Source: Tubiluchus corallicola (lineage: Eukaryota > Animalia > Priapulida). From it: a stretch of 64,000 nt of DNA. A program made the position numbers and the translations under genes. The stretch is taken from positions 930,001-994,000 of the forward strand of contig JAQGDQ010000004.1 in NCBI GenBank assembly GCA_030141605.1, read 5' to 3'. The notes under the pieces are model-generated. The model was given only the letters and a program-made list of their open reading frames with translations, ran no database searches and was not told the DNA's origin. Below, piece after piece: positions 21,431 to 35,004 of this stretch (positions within the stretch are counted from its first letter, which is position 1; each line of letters begins with the position of its first letter).

Positions 21431-22299
21431 ACAAAGCACTAATTTTGTACTTTTGTAATCCATTTATATCTTAGCACAGTAATGGCACCTGACTGGAAAA
21501 TCATGTTTCAGAATAGGTCTGACAAATGAAGGGTGTAATGCTAAGACTTTTTCTCTGTAAACTCTGATAAACATTATTTAATCATATAGATTCTAACATT
21601 TGCTTTATTTATAAATAGTATTGTTTGAATGCTTCTCGAACTTGTAGTCATTAAGAAAATTCTTTTAATAAAACTAGTGTGCCATTTAATAAAACAACAT
21701 TTTTCAGTAATTGGTGACAAAAGTCACAAAAGCAATAGCAAAATTAAATATAAAATGTGTTTTTGGTAGTTTGCCTACTTTTTAAAGTACACAGTTGAAA
21801 TTTAAATCCTGTTTCCTAGATTCACCTCTTTTTAGTCAAAGTCACACTGAAAAATAAAGTTGATTGTTTTGTCATAACTGCTCTGCATGTACAGCTGCAA
21901 AAGTGCATTTGAACTTGAATCGCTATTGCAAGACTGTGTGTATGGGTGCAGACTGACTGACCCATATTTTATTGTTATATAGTATTCATTAAGGTAAAGT
22001 TATTTATATGCTGTACTTTGTCAAATTTATGTAACATCCCCCCACATAATAAAACCGTGGTTTATTAAGACCGCTTATTGCTAGTCTACTAGTGGTTTTA
22101 TTAAGCGTAGTCATTCTTTCTTCTGTGACTGTAATCTACATGGTCACTTGAAACACTGTGTCAAGTTTGTCAGTGCTCACAAGCCATGTTTCACGCCATC
22201 AAGCTGGTCTTGATTTTCGACTGCACCAATTGTTTCATTCTCTGAATGAACAATGTATCCGAAATTAAGGTGTCCTGGTGACTTAGCTGAAATAGCCTA

Positions 22300-22960
22300 G
22301 CTTATGGCAGGTGCCGAACTATGTCTGTCACTATTTTGGCACTATAAAAAGAACTGCTTATTAACGAAAAGCTTCTGTATTTTATTAGTGCATGCCTGCA
22401 GAAATTTCTATGAATGATAGTATGAAGATGAAGTGGTTAGATTGGAGTAGGGAATTTATAGTGGGTTTTATAGATTTATGCATGGAAATGTACAGATATC
22501 GGCATTTGTACTGTGGTGGCTAACTTGCAAAAGCCTCAGCTGTGGTACTTGGACAACCTTCTCTTTCTGTTGTTGTGCATGATGTATGCAAAATGGAGAT
22601 TGAACATCCAATATTGTCTTCATATTTGACTTCGTTGAAAATAAATTATGAACAAAATTTTGTGGGATAACTATAAACGATATAATAGATATACAGTATC
22701 ATCCAGTGACAATGTTTAGCCCTGATTTAGAAATTGGCTCCCTGTTACATGTGGATGACGTGCTATCAGTAGGGACTGCAGAAACAGTGAATAAAGCAGC
22801 AAAGAATTTTAGGGAGATAGAAACTCAAAAAACAATGACCTTCGATCTACAAAATACATGGCAATTAATATGACAAAAAAGAGAAACAATAAAGAACTAA
22901 TATTGAATGTAAAAATGGCCAAATTAAACGAACTCATGAATATAAAATTATGAATATGAA
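22300..22960 (+). mobile_element. Decayed LINE reverse-transcriptase fragment
   Basis: Translation near 22700-22860 gives PVTMFSPDLEIGSLLHVDDVLSVGTAETVNKAAKNFREIETQKTMTF, containing an xxDD RT catalytic motif. Frameshifts and stops surround it. Confidence 0.55.
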
Positions 22961-23544
22961 TATAGAATATATAACATTCTAAAAGATATAGGTATTTAAC
23001 TTAGGATCAGTATAGACGAAAATCTGCATCTGTGAATACGTTCCCAATGACTGAATTAATATAATCTTCTAATATAACAACCCCTTTTTACACAAAATCC
23101 CCGTGTATTGCATTTGAAAAAACTTTTCCTATTAAAAATTTGTGTAAATATATTGTGGGAGTCTGTGACTTATATAATTTTTGTGATAAATATAATTATT
23201 TTTTACATATATTGCCAAGCTTGTGATGATACTTATGACACATATTTGGTTGTTATAAAACTATGTTACACAATTATGTAACAGTACAGTAACTTTGCAA
23301 AATTTTGCGGTTTTACCAAATCAGTGTATCTACTAACCAGTAGAAGATTAGATACATAAGGAAATGCTTTTAAAAGTTCTATACTAATGATTAGATAAGT
23401 AAGTTAGTCCCTTTAAATTTTTGTTTATTTTTTAGGATCTGATTATAATAATATGAGGACGTGACAGATTTGCAAACTGTGTGTGGTCACAATGCAACTT
23501 TTGGTGAAAAGAGATTAGAATCTTACTGATTTGTTTTACTCACA

Positions 23545-26500
23545 ATGAAGTGCTTAAATATCACAAGAAATCAATTACGGGCAAGTGTTAATCTTCTTAG
23601 ATCTTCACTTCACGTGATTCGCAATGCTGTCTGCTTTCATTCATCTTGGAAGACCAAATCTATTACGCCTGTATTTTCAAAAGCTACAGATTTTGCTGAC
23701 AAGACTTCCATAGTTGATGTTCATGGAAAACATTCATTTAGTGACTTACTTAAATATAGCTACAATGTTGCAAAAAGCATAAAAGACCTCATAGGCGTGT
23801 ATGATGATGTAAAAGAAGCTCGTGTTTCTGTGTTATGTCAGCATGATGTGTCATATGTTGCTGCTCAATGGGCAGTCTCGATGCTGGGTGGAATATTTGT
23901 ACCTTTGTGTCACACCCATCCACCTCCTCAACTTGAATACTTTATCAAGGATTCAGACTCATCACTTGTCATAGCAGCTGAAGAACTTTCTGATGTGGTT
24001 CGGCCGATAGCCGAAAGTTGTGGTATTCCAGTGCTATCTTTAGGAAAGAAACTCTTATTTAGCAATACATCTAAGAGTATTGAATCTGCCATTGATCTTG
24101 ATTATGAGTCTCGGGCAGCTCTTATTGTTTATACTTCTGGCACTACAGGACCACCAAAAGGAGTCGTTTTAACTCATTCAAATCTTCAGGTGATTGTGGT
24201 TTTGTTAAGTTTGAAATTTTATGGAAAACATTGATTTGTTAGGGTTAACTTATTCGTGAAACATCACTTTATAATTTTGACTTTTCAATGCATTGCTCAC
24301 ATGTGGTAACAGTGGTAAAAGTAATTACTATGTTAATTGCTATTAATAATAGTGGTCATCAGAATTGTGTTTGTGGCCTATTGTGCATGCTTCTGTTTTA
24401 TCACACTGTTGAAAGAGCTTCAATAATCATATTATTAAATTTATTCGAGCTACTAGTAGCTTTATAGCTTTTTTAGTTAATTTGTCTAAATTAAAACAGC
24501 TGTCACAATATTTGCTAGTATAGTATGGAAGGAATGATTACATCCTGGGGTTGGACGGAGAGAGATAGCATCTTACACGTTCTTCCATTACATCATGTTC
24601 ATGGAATCGTCAACTGTCTCATGACACCTCTGTATTGTGGAGCAACTTGTGTCATGATGCCAAAATTTGATGCCTCGAAGGTTGGTATGATTAAAATAAA
24701 AGTTTTTCTTAGTAACAGACCCTTTACAGTAGTATAGTAAGTCCTTGCTTAATGACCTTCCATTTAACCACAATTGATTTTAAGAATGGCGAATATTTGC
24801 TACTTTTTTCCAACACAATTGCGAATGTTTGGTTTTTTAGTTTAAATACTAGTATTTTGTATGTGTTGTGCTGATGCTTTTTAAAAAGTGCTAGTTGAAA
24901 ATAAAACTAGTACTTGGAGTACTGATTCCTAACTAGCTCTCAAACTGGTACACAGTTATTACTTAATTTGCAGTGTTATTTGTATTATTTTCTATGAAAA
25001 GTAAGTTACAAATTGCAAATTGTAAACTGCTTTTTTTTTGCAAAATTCACCGATTTGATCAATTCCAGGTGTGGTCCATGTTATTGTCTCAATCTGAAGA
25101 CGTTAATCTGTTGATGGCCGTGCCAACGATTTATGCTAAACTGATAGACAATTATGAAAAACGATCACTCATAAATGTAAACTGCTTTAGACATACTGCA
25201 GAATATGTCAAAGCTGTGTCCACCGAAAACATCAGGTGAAATTATAGTGATAAAATTATTCTATGTCATTTAAATGCCTTACATTACAGAAACTGGTAGC
25301 ATTCAAATGCCATCAAAATTTGGCACTGATAGCATTCAAATATACTCTTGTCTACTCTTTTTATTACAGGTTGATGGTTAGTGGTTCTGCTGCATTGCCT
25401 GCACCAGTTATGCACAGGTGGCATGAAATTACGGGGCACATGTTACTGGAAAGATATGGCATGACAGAAACTTGCATGGTCTTGTCTAATCCACTGCATG
25501 GAGACAGAATAGCTGGTATTATCATATGTATATATATAGCTGTACATATGTTCAGTTTTTAGTCATTTTTACTTCCTATGATAATTATAGTTTGGTAGTG
25601 TACCCTTCATTTGTTGACATGTACATTGACATTGCTAGGAATTATGATTATATACACATTACCACACTATATTAATCTGCTATCTGTTACTATATGATCC
25701 AAACAGCTAAGCACCTACTACCTTACCATAATAGGATCTTCTATCTAACTTGATATTTAAATGATCCTTTTATAAAAACAGTCAAAGATAGATTATATTC
25801 ATTATAAGATCCAGTCTACATAATCAACACATATTTACTGTGTTCACATTGTCCTATTGCTATGTCAAAACGGTTATTGGTACCATGTCCATGAGCCATT
25901 GGCAACATGTTGTGTACTGCTGCTTGTTCATTTAAATAAAAAACTGTTTAGTTAAATCAGTTTACAATTTTGTTTTTTTATGTACATTTTTAACTACAGA
26001 TGTCGTAAAATTAGACAATGCAACCCTCACAAAAGTAGGGTGAAACATGTTGAGATATCTTAACTATATTAGATTAAATTAATTTTACTGTACTGTTTTG
26101 CGGTAGTTATCATGCTGATGTTGCTAAAGATTCTTCTAGAGTTGTTAAATTTGAAATATGGTGGTTTGAGCATGTTGTGAAAAGCTAGCTCTCTTATGCT
26201 AAATGCATTGTCCATATGATATGCTGTTGAACATAAATGTTGTTAATTTATTTGATATAGGCACAGTAGGTACACCCTTACCGAACGTAGAAGTCTGCAT
26301 TGCACACAGTGAACTAAATGGCGATTATAAAATTATTGCTTATGGAACCTCCAGTGGTACTACTGTCACAAAGAACATGAAAAACGAGGTGAATGAAGTC
26401 GATGTTAATTTGCAATATTGTAATCTAATACTAATAATACTTCCGATATATGTATTTGTTTCTATGTATTTCCCCCCATTTCTCAATAACGACTGAACCA

Positions 26501-29433
26501 ATTTTGGCAAATTATAACTCAGGTAAACCATCTCAATCTCCTGTGGAGGGTTTATTTTGTGATTGCATAGAAATGGCAGGCAAAAATCCTAAAAACGTGC
26601 ATTTTCACTGTTTTTTACAGTTTTATAAAACTGAGATCCAAAGAACAGCACTTTGAGAGAAGTGGAAGAACATTCAAAGAGAGTGTAATAGGGATAGTTT
26701 GGTTTCCCGGTGTACCCACGGGGTTCCTAATAAGGGTTTTTCTAGATCCACCACCCCATTTTTTCGAAATTTTAACTAAACACTGTGAACAAAAATCAGC
26801 ACACAGCTGCATTGCGAGAGTCTTGGAAAGTTTTATGACTTTTTGGAAAGTAAAAGCGCTAAGCTACAAGGTTGCCTAAGTTATTTCTCAACACACCTAA
26901 ACAACACAAATACTGATTGTGTAATTCGAGGTTACACAAAATTTTTGCTTTGAAAGCTTGAATCCTGCATACAGCAGATACACACGAGTGCTACCTCATC
27001 TGCATAGCGCTTAGGTAGCAATTAGTACCACAGAAATCCATGTTAGTTGCTTCTATTGAGTGTACGCTCACTTCCTGACGTTATTTTGCTCATGGGCAGA
27101 AGTTCGAATGTCAGTTCAAGTTCTTTGTTTTTTAACTTGCGTATTAGTAATTAGAATATGGATCTAATAACCTTTATCATTTCACACAGTTTCAACTTTG
27201 CGCAAATTTTTATTCATGGCCTTAAACTGGTGGGATATTAATGTTATAAATACTTAATATTATAATATGAAACATTGTTCGTTCAGAAGAGTAATCTATC
27301 ATTTATCAATTACTCATGGGTATAACCAATTAACAGTACACTAATGTGAAGTATTATTAAGCTTCTTCTTTATGCTCGCATAAATTTTCTTAGTACTGCA
27401 CTTTTCTAGTTTTTCTTTCACTACCTGCTTAAATTTTAAAGAGCTTTAATATTAGATCAAAGGGACTGCAGGTGCTTGACTTTTCAGTAGTTAGGTAAGT
27501 AACAAGGATGCAGTTTTTTTATTTATTATTATTAATCTAACAAGCCAATTGCAGCCATATGTCAATTTAAGGTAGAGATTACATTATGTCGTCTGAGCTG
27601 CATTGAGCTCCAATCCACTTGATTTTATGGAGTTATATTCTGTGCCTGTGAATATTTATTGATTAGCAGGAAACAACATTTGGTGTTATAGATAGAAACG
27701 AGTAAAAACATATGTGACTAGCATAGACTTTATACACTTATGCCCTTAGCAGGTTGGGGAATTGTACGTAAGAGGACCAACCGTTTTCAGAGAGTATTGG
27801 AATAAACCAAAGGAAACTGCTGATACATTTACTCATGATGGATGGTTTAAAACTGGTAGGTGGGCATAAATTATTACAATTGATATTCAATATTGTTAGC
27901 TGTATGTGCATTATTTAACCCGTTAACTTACCCAAGTATTGAGTATTAAGGCACTCTTGAAGTTTCACTGTCACATGTAGAGGCTTTTTCTTGATAATAT
28001 AATGAGCTAGGTTCATTGTCTCACAGCTATTTAGCATTAAAAGAAGACCTGCCATTGAATGCGAAATATTGACTTGCAGCTTGTCAAATGGTATAACAAT
28101 TACAAGATGCCCTTTTTGTTTAGCACATTCTTATCTCTGATATAAGTGAGTGTTTAGTTATTTATTTTACTGAATGGATTGTAATGAAATTTGGGACGAG
28201 AGCATTAATACAGATAAGGTTACAGTTACTAAAATGTCAAAACGTCACTGTCACATGTAGAGGATTTTCCTTGATAATAAGCTTGGTTCACTGTCTCACA
28301 TCTATTCAGCATTAATAGAAGAACTGCCGCTGAATGCTAAATATTGACTTGCAGCTTGCCCAACCGTATAAAAATTACAAGATCCACTTTTTGTTTGGCA
28401 CATTCTTATCTCTGATATAAATGTGTGCTTATTTGTTTTTATTGAATGGATTGTAATGAAATTTGGGACAAGGGCATTAATACAGACAAGGCTACAATTA
28501 CCAATATTGTCAAAATGTAGGTACTGCATAAAGCTGCTATGAGTGTCTAGATAATCAGAACCAGTACAAAAACTGATGAAGTGTGGGCAAAATTATAAGA
28601 CAAGACTGACATACATTAACTTTATTTAGCAAATCAGTTCATCATTTGGAGGAGGAAGGTGAAATAATGAACAATAACTTAAAGTTCAGATTACAGTTTC
28701 ATTAAGTGGAACCACATGACTGTGACTCACTTTCTATTGAGTGATTCATGGGGCTAATGCTAATACTGTGCTTTAATTATAGACATTATAGACTATATAC
28801 GTAGTCTAATTTGCGTCATTCACACTGTATTAAACAAACTCAAACTTATAGCAGCTTTACCTAGTTTTAAATAGCACATACATGCAAAAACCTGTTTTCA
28901 GCAAATTTTGAATTATGTGTACGTGCGTGCGTGCGTCCGTGCGTGCGTGCGTGTGTGTGCACCTATATATATGTATATATATATATATGTTTATTTATTT
29001 ATGTGTATTTTTTATTTTTGCTAAAGGCTTTTGACTACTTTAAGATATTGGTTTTTATGTTTATTTAGGAGATACAGCTCAGTATACAAATGGCGTCTAT
29101 AAGATTCTCGGACGAACATCTGTAGACATTATAAAGAGTGGTGGCTATAAGTTAAGTGCCTTAGACATAGAAAGACAACTACTAGAACACAAGAGAATTG
29201 CTGAGATTGCTGTTGTTGGGCTACCAGATGTGACTTGGGGTCAAAAAGTTGCTGCTGTTATAGCAACAAAAGATAAAAAAGAGCTTACTCAACAAGAACT
29301 GAAAATGTGGGCCAAAAATCGGATGCCGCACTACAGTATCCCAACTGTAGTTAAATGTGTAGATGCTATACCCAGAAATAATATGGGTAAGGTGAACAAA
29401 AAGCTTTTAATCAAAGAACAGTTTCCTCAGTAA
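23545..29433 (+). CDS. ACSF3: Mitochondrial malonyl-/methylmalonyl-CoA synthetase (acyl-CoA synthetase family member 3), about 571 aa
   Basis: Phase-consistent exons 23545-24189, 24519-24680, 25069-25235, 25370-25515, 26261-26388, 27753(or 27750)-27855, 29069-29433. Motifs: [12 protein letters not shown] (AMP-binding), [78 protein letters not shown]. The N-terminus is R/S/L-rich like a mitochondrial presequence. Confidence 0.95.
27965..28518. repeat. Diverged tandem duplication (about 280 bp unit) in an ACSF3 intron
   Basis: TCACTGTCACATGTAGAGG starts at both 27965 and 28245. Internal blocks GACTTGCAGCTTG, CACATTCTTATCTCTGATATAA and TGAATGGATTGTAATGAAATTTGGGAC are repeated. Confidence 0.85.
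28915..28990. repeat. Compound (GTGC)n/(GT)n/(TA)n microsatellite
   Basis: Read directly from the sequence. Confidence 0.9.
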
Positions 29434-31739
29434 TATTATTCATATAAATTTGCCAGAATGGTTGAATCTATAATGCGTTGGATGAAGATCACAAACTAAG
29501 ACCGAAAGTTCAAATTGCATTTACTGATATTAAAACTGTGGGTTTCTCCAGTTCATGAGATGATTTTAGAAACGTGTGTACCTGACTGTGATGGAAAATC
29601 TGTTTGATATGGATGAGATTAATCAGAAAGATGTTTTCCTAATCATCAGCATGATCGGTCCAAGTGCTCTTGTAGTTGTATATCAGCTGTAATGGTTATA
29701 AAAGTCTGGTGAATGTAGAATGTGCTGAAATAAAATTGTTTCCAGTGAACATAAATTTGTAATGTGATGCAGTTATTTTAGCATGGTGCATGGACTAGAG
29801 TTTTTGATTTAAGTAGTAATAACCATTATTATGGTTATGGATATTCAGTAAGATTGTGTTAACCAGATTTTGTAGTACATGTATAAAATAAAATGTGTTT
29901 TAACTGCATGTACTTTGTACAGTGAACTCGCTTACCTATTGCAACTATATTGCAACTCTTAAAAAAAATTTTATGCTAATGCTTATTGTTGGTATTTCAT
30001 GGTTCTAATTTGCAAGTTATGACCAAATCTTGATGTTTTATATATTAAAAACACTGAGATGTTATAGTACTTGCTCAACAGAATTTTTCTATGTGTCACT
30101 AGGAGCCCTTGTTTCAAACTCTGAGATTATAATTGAAAGAATACTACTATATATATATATATGAACTGATTTGACTGCTACTGTGTATTTATGTTTACGT
30201 AGTGGTAATTATATGAAAACTTTATCGTCAATGTTTAAATGTAGGGTTTTTATACAATACTAAAGGAAATCAGGTGATTTAGATAATTTTAGTCTGACTT
30301 TAATTGCAAATTGTTCCTCCAAATAAAAGTTGGTTAAGTTCATGTTGAGAACTCCACAGTAATAACAGTAATAGAAATAGTAGATTAGTATAGAAAAGGC
30401 TGTGGTAATTGTTTCATTGTGAATAAGAGTTGTACATTAATTTAATTATGTTTTTGTGAATGTCAATAAAAATAAATTTTAAATCTATCTATTTATTTAA
30501 AAAAATCTGAATATGGTTTGCATCAAAAATTATCAGTTTTCTGTTTGGTTATCACTGTACTACTGCATTATTTTTTTACATTAGTCTTGTTAGACTTGCA
30601 AATGATTAGGATGCATATAATGTATTAATTAGCTAGTGTGAAAGGTATAGGATATAACACAATCCTTTCTTATGGGGGTATATAAACAACGTGTATTGGC
30701 ACAGAACAATTTATTACATCAAAGTGTTGCTGAATTGCTGATTTGCTAGAGAATCTATTTAGCCATTAATATTTTATGTGGAAACTTTATGTGTATCTCC
30801 CACATCAACAGTCTTGAGCAGTACTATCAGGTGCAGATCAAACTGAACGGTCTGAAAATTCGCGTGACTCGGTATGTACCACATCAAACACATATTGGAG
30901 CTATACTGAATTCAGAATGGAGCTAGGGCATTGGAGGTGAATTCAGAGTGAAGGGCACTGAAGGCTGAAAACAACACTAATTGGTATTCAGAACTTGTGA
31001 GATACCTGTAGGAGTTGGAGGATCTTGAGCTTGACCCTTATCTTTCACCAATCACAGCCCTCGACATTGCACGCTGCATGAGACGCACAAAGATTCCAAA
31101 CTAAATTTTGAGGGCATGATAGATTTTCCATGAATGTAGGTAAATTAAAAATGGCACGGGGAAAAATAGCACACATATTATTTTCATGTAAATAATTTCT
31201 ACAATAACATTAAAATATGTCCAGCAATAAGCCTCTGCCAAGGTCAAGAATCCTGATTCTGATGTTTATTACCTGTTTGCCTGATTCTTTTATCTGAAAA
31301 AAGTGAAGCAATGATAAATAATCAAACACAGAATATACGTGCATTAGTTTAGAGTAGCAAAAGACTCACAAAATATTTTGTTCATTAAATTATACGTATT
31401 TACATGCTAATTAAATCAGCTTATTACTGTATATATATATAAAATCAAAGGCAATAGACAAGCAAAGACAGCGTTACACAGTTTTGTACAGTTTTAGAGA
31501 ATTTCTCTAAATGAAATCTGGAACAAACTTGTAGTTGTTTGTTCTCGTTGAAATAACAAAAATTAAGTAGGTAGCCTATTTTGTAGCTAATTAAGTCCTC
31601 CTCTTTCTAAAGAGCTATAACAGTAGTTCCCTCTGAGATCTACGCGAAGTGATTCACGAATATTTTTGTAAGTGCCGTTCGGTCAAGTTTTGTCAAGGAA
31701 AAAACGCCTGTTTTGGTAGTTTTCATTCACCCCTCCTCT

Positions 31740-31910
31740 CAGAATGCATCTTTTTTGCCCTCTACCCATCTTCTGCATAAAGTTTCGTGGATGATCTGTT
31801 AGTTGTGTAGTTTTTGCATAATAGGCTTACAGCTATTACACATAAAAACAACCAAACAAACAAACAAGAAGTGTTGACACACAACATTAACTTCCTTGGC
31901 AGAGATAAGA
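31740..31910 (+). mobile_element. Possible 3' end of a non-autonomous Helitron/Helentron-type element
   Basis: (AAAC)n tract followed by AACATTAACTTCCTTGGCAGAGATAA, a degenerate version of the subterminal hairpin seen in such elements. Confidence 0.35.
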
Positions 31911-32549
31911 ATAGCTAAAAATAATTATCCCCTAATCAAAGCTGTAGCCTTAACCCTAATCTCATATTTTATAAGTGTCCCAATTTTCCCCATTTTGCCA
32001 CTAAATTTTGTGCCCTTTTTCCTGTGTCACTTCAGCAAAACTTTGACGTAATAAATTGCACTTTATCATAGTAGACGCTGTTTTTGTAGCACTCCCCTCC
32101 CATCAGAAGGTCATGTACACCTTGTAAAAAACACAGTTTTATTGTCAGCATTATTAATTTGTACTTCGTAGAAAAATAGTGGTATGCCTTTAATTAGATG
32201 ACTTTTGACGGTAGATTACCCAAATAGGAACAAAAGTAACCCCAATTACCCTATATGTTGTAAGGAAAAAGACTCTACAGAACATTACAATGGAACATCT
32301 ATGCAACAACGTAATTTTTATCAAGACCGACTGGGCAAACCTTACAACAGGTGTATTAAACTACTCAGCTAGAGAAATGAAGTTCATTAAACTCAGATTT
32401 CAACCAGTGTCAAATATTGTGAAGTGATCAATTGCAAAAAAAGTGATTCAGTGTATTGTACCTTGCACTCAATTATGTGAGTGCCTGCAATTTGGTAGAA
32501 GGGATGCTGTGGAAGCATGTCAAGTATTGACTGAACGTGAAATTAGTTT

Positions 32550-32950
32550 CATTAAATCTACAATCCGTTAATGACAAACGGATGCCCATGACGAGTGCGT
32601 GCAGCATCAGCCAAGTGTATGAAGGGATCCAGGTGCAGCAGCCGTCTTATTTTCAACTTTTTAAGTTTTGCGGTCCGCGCAAAAGTTACGCAGTCGTCTG
32701 TGAGTCTGAACGGTGAGTTTGAGTAATCAGTAATAAGCGGAGTAAATAGTAGATTATGTAGTAGGTGTGCATGTGTGTATTGTGAAAAATTAAACTTTGC
32801 GTCGGAGTTAACGAAGTACTCTTACAATAAATTTTATACCCACCACCCTGAAATACTAATTGAAAAATCTAGAATTGGCATTGTGTAGTTCACGTGACTT
32901 ATGTCTTAATTTGCCTAGGGCGGATTTTTTTGCTTAGGGAGGAGATCTGT
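32550..32950 (+). promoter_or_regulatory. Putative SYCP3 promoter and non-coding first exon
   Basis: CpG-rich patch with donor ACG|GTGAGT at 32712/32713. A downstream acceptor TTTCAG at 36441 precedes the SYCP3 ATG. Confidence 0.45.
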
Positions 32951-33329
32951 TGGTCAAGCAGAAACGTGTGACTTAATTCATAAGTTTCGAGCATGTAAGT
33001 TGAATTAAAACGCTTTATTAATTAAGAGTTGGAAAGTCCTGCCACTAAATCATTGCCGCTCATCAATGTCAATGAACTGACTAATACTATAATAGTAATA
33101 AATAAGCTGCGTATTGCAACGGTGCCCGTCAACTTCTTGACAGCACTATTTTCAAGCCAAAGATAAATGTGCAACGAACTCGATGGGTAACTTTTTCATA
33201 AGGTTGGACCCCTTAATGGATGGTAATGTGCCTGTTCAGGTACATCTGTTTGTATATAGACTTTTAATAAACATTGTCGTTATGGGCCAGTTCTGGCTTT
33301 ATTACAGCTCATTCTGGCAATACTGGTAT

Positions 33330-33560
33330 AAAGGCAAACTTTAACTAGACCAGTGATGGCATGTCACTTGCTAGCCATAATATAGTTAACATTGCTTTGA
33401 TTTGCTGGCCCGGTACTGATACGTTTTCGACATGGCTTTTATTTTTAAAGGGCTGGGTGAATTGGATGTGGGCGAGTACAGGCAAAACTTAACAGGGCCA
33501 GTGATGGCATGCTGCTTCATAGCCAGAATATAGTTAACATTGCTGGCCCAGTACTGTCAT
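33330..33560. repeat. Diverged direct repeat (about 150 bp period)
   Basis: GGCAAA..TTAAC...CCAGTGATGGCATG...AATATAGTTAACATTGCT at about 33331 and about 33480. Confidence 0.6.
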
Positions 33561-33841
33561 AGCTGCAACAGTGTACTGCGTGGCTGTACAGGAATAAATA
33601 AGCTGGGTAATCTTCAATACATAGATCTTAGAATGTCAATTAACCAGGGGGTCCCACCTCACAATGACCAGTATGACCCGTTGTATTTTGGCTCTAACAG
33701 CTTTTCAATTGCTAGTGCCTGGACTTACTCCCAAGCTCAGTGGTATTTGCATATGAAGTGCGTAATAATATACAGGGAAAGTGTGTGTTCATGAATGTTT
33801 TTACTTATGATTAATTAAACAACAGTGAAAGAGAGTATAGA

Positions 33842-34075
33842 ATGGTGAAGCATTGTTCTTGGGGCACGTGTAATGTGGATGTCCAGTACCCAGGAAGGTT
33901 AGAAGAAGTACGACTTAGACAAGTATCACCTTTGGATCGAAGTATGAGGGAGCAACTTCAACAGCTCAACCCATTCAAAATTAATAAAAATCCTGTTGTC
34001 TGCTCAAAGTTTCCCAATGTTTCATTGTTACTCTGGGCTACATGTAGAGATGCAGTGTGTTGTATCAAGACGTAA
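33842..34075 (+). pseudogene. Degenerate THAP zinc-finger domain, probably a DNA-transposon relic
   Basis: MVKHCSWGTCN..YP at the start and VVCSK(F) further on match the THAP C-x4-C ... CSxHF pattern, but the His and the central FP/W motifs are lost. Confidence 0.5.
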
Positions 34076-35004
34076 CACATTGGAATAAGATATTTCAGAT
34101 ACTGATTGCTATTTTTAATCACCAAGCAAGCAAGCAGTTTTTGTTCCCTTAATTGGTTAGCCATGCTGTATAGTGTCTAAAATTAGTCTTTGCATCAATA
34201 AAACAGACATCAACTGTTCTATAGTGGAACTTACTTCGTAGTGAGCTCTTTTAAGACATCAATGGCAATACATAGTAAAGTGCTGTGCAGTTGTTAAAGT
34301 TTATAATGCTTGATGCAAAATTCTATAAAATACAATTTCCTACTTTAATGAATAAGCTATCTTACTAGAACAGTTAATTATCTGCCACAGATAATTAATC
34401 AATTTATTGCACTTCATCAAGAATTCAAAAACATGCCATGAATAATTTGGCTTTGTAATGTGACAAACCAACACATTTAAAGGTTATGGAATGAGAATAG
34501 AGTTAAGAAATAGTGCATTGAATAAGGCAGTTTAATGTATGGCAGTTCAGGAAATAATTTGTCTATAGGAGATCTACGTGTGCAATTACATTTGTACAAA
34601 CCTGCGGGCTATTCCAATATGTAGACGATTGTACTCCAGATGTAAGAAAAGTGATGGAGCAGGCAAAGACATAGATAGATATAGATATCAGTTTAACCGA
34701 AGTACTTTTGATGTTTTTACTTTATTTAAATAAATGTTGTGCCACCCTTCAGCAAAAGAAAGAATAGAGTGATATAAAGTGGTATGTTATGTTGTTTAGA
34801 AGACTCTTTACTCCTTACTTTAAGCTGTAAGCTTAGATGAGCTTAGCCAGTGGTCAGGATTATTTGTATTGAATTTTCCTAGGAAAGAAAAGCATCTTTT
34901 GTTTCAGTTACTATTTGTCAGAAAAACTTGTAGATTTGTCCCAATAGAACTGTCTATTGTATTGTTCGTCGCCAAATGAAACTACACTGGCTTGCGGATC
35001 GAGT

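Noticed and set aside
29550-29600. SECIS-like ATGA..AAA..TGAT in the ACSF3 3' UTR
   Set aside because: The required helix does not pair, and the ACSF3 model has no in-frame TGA.
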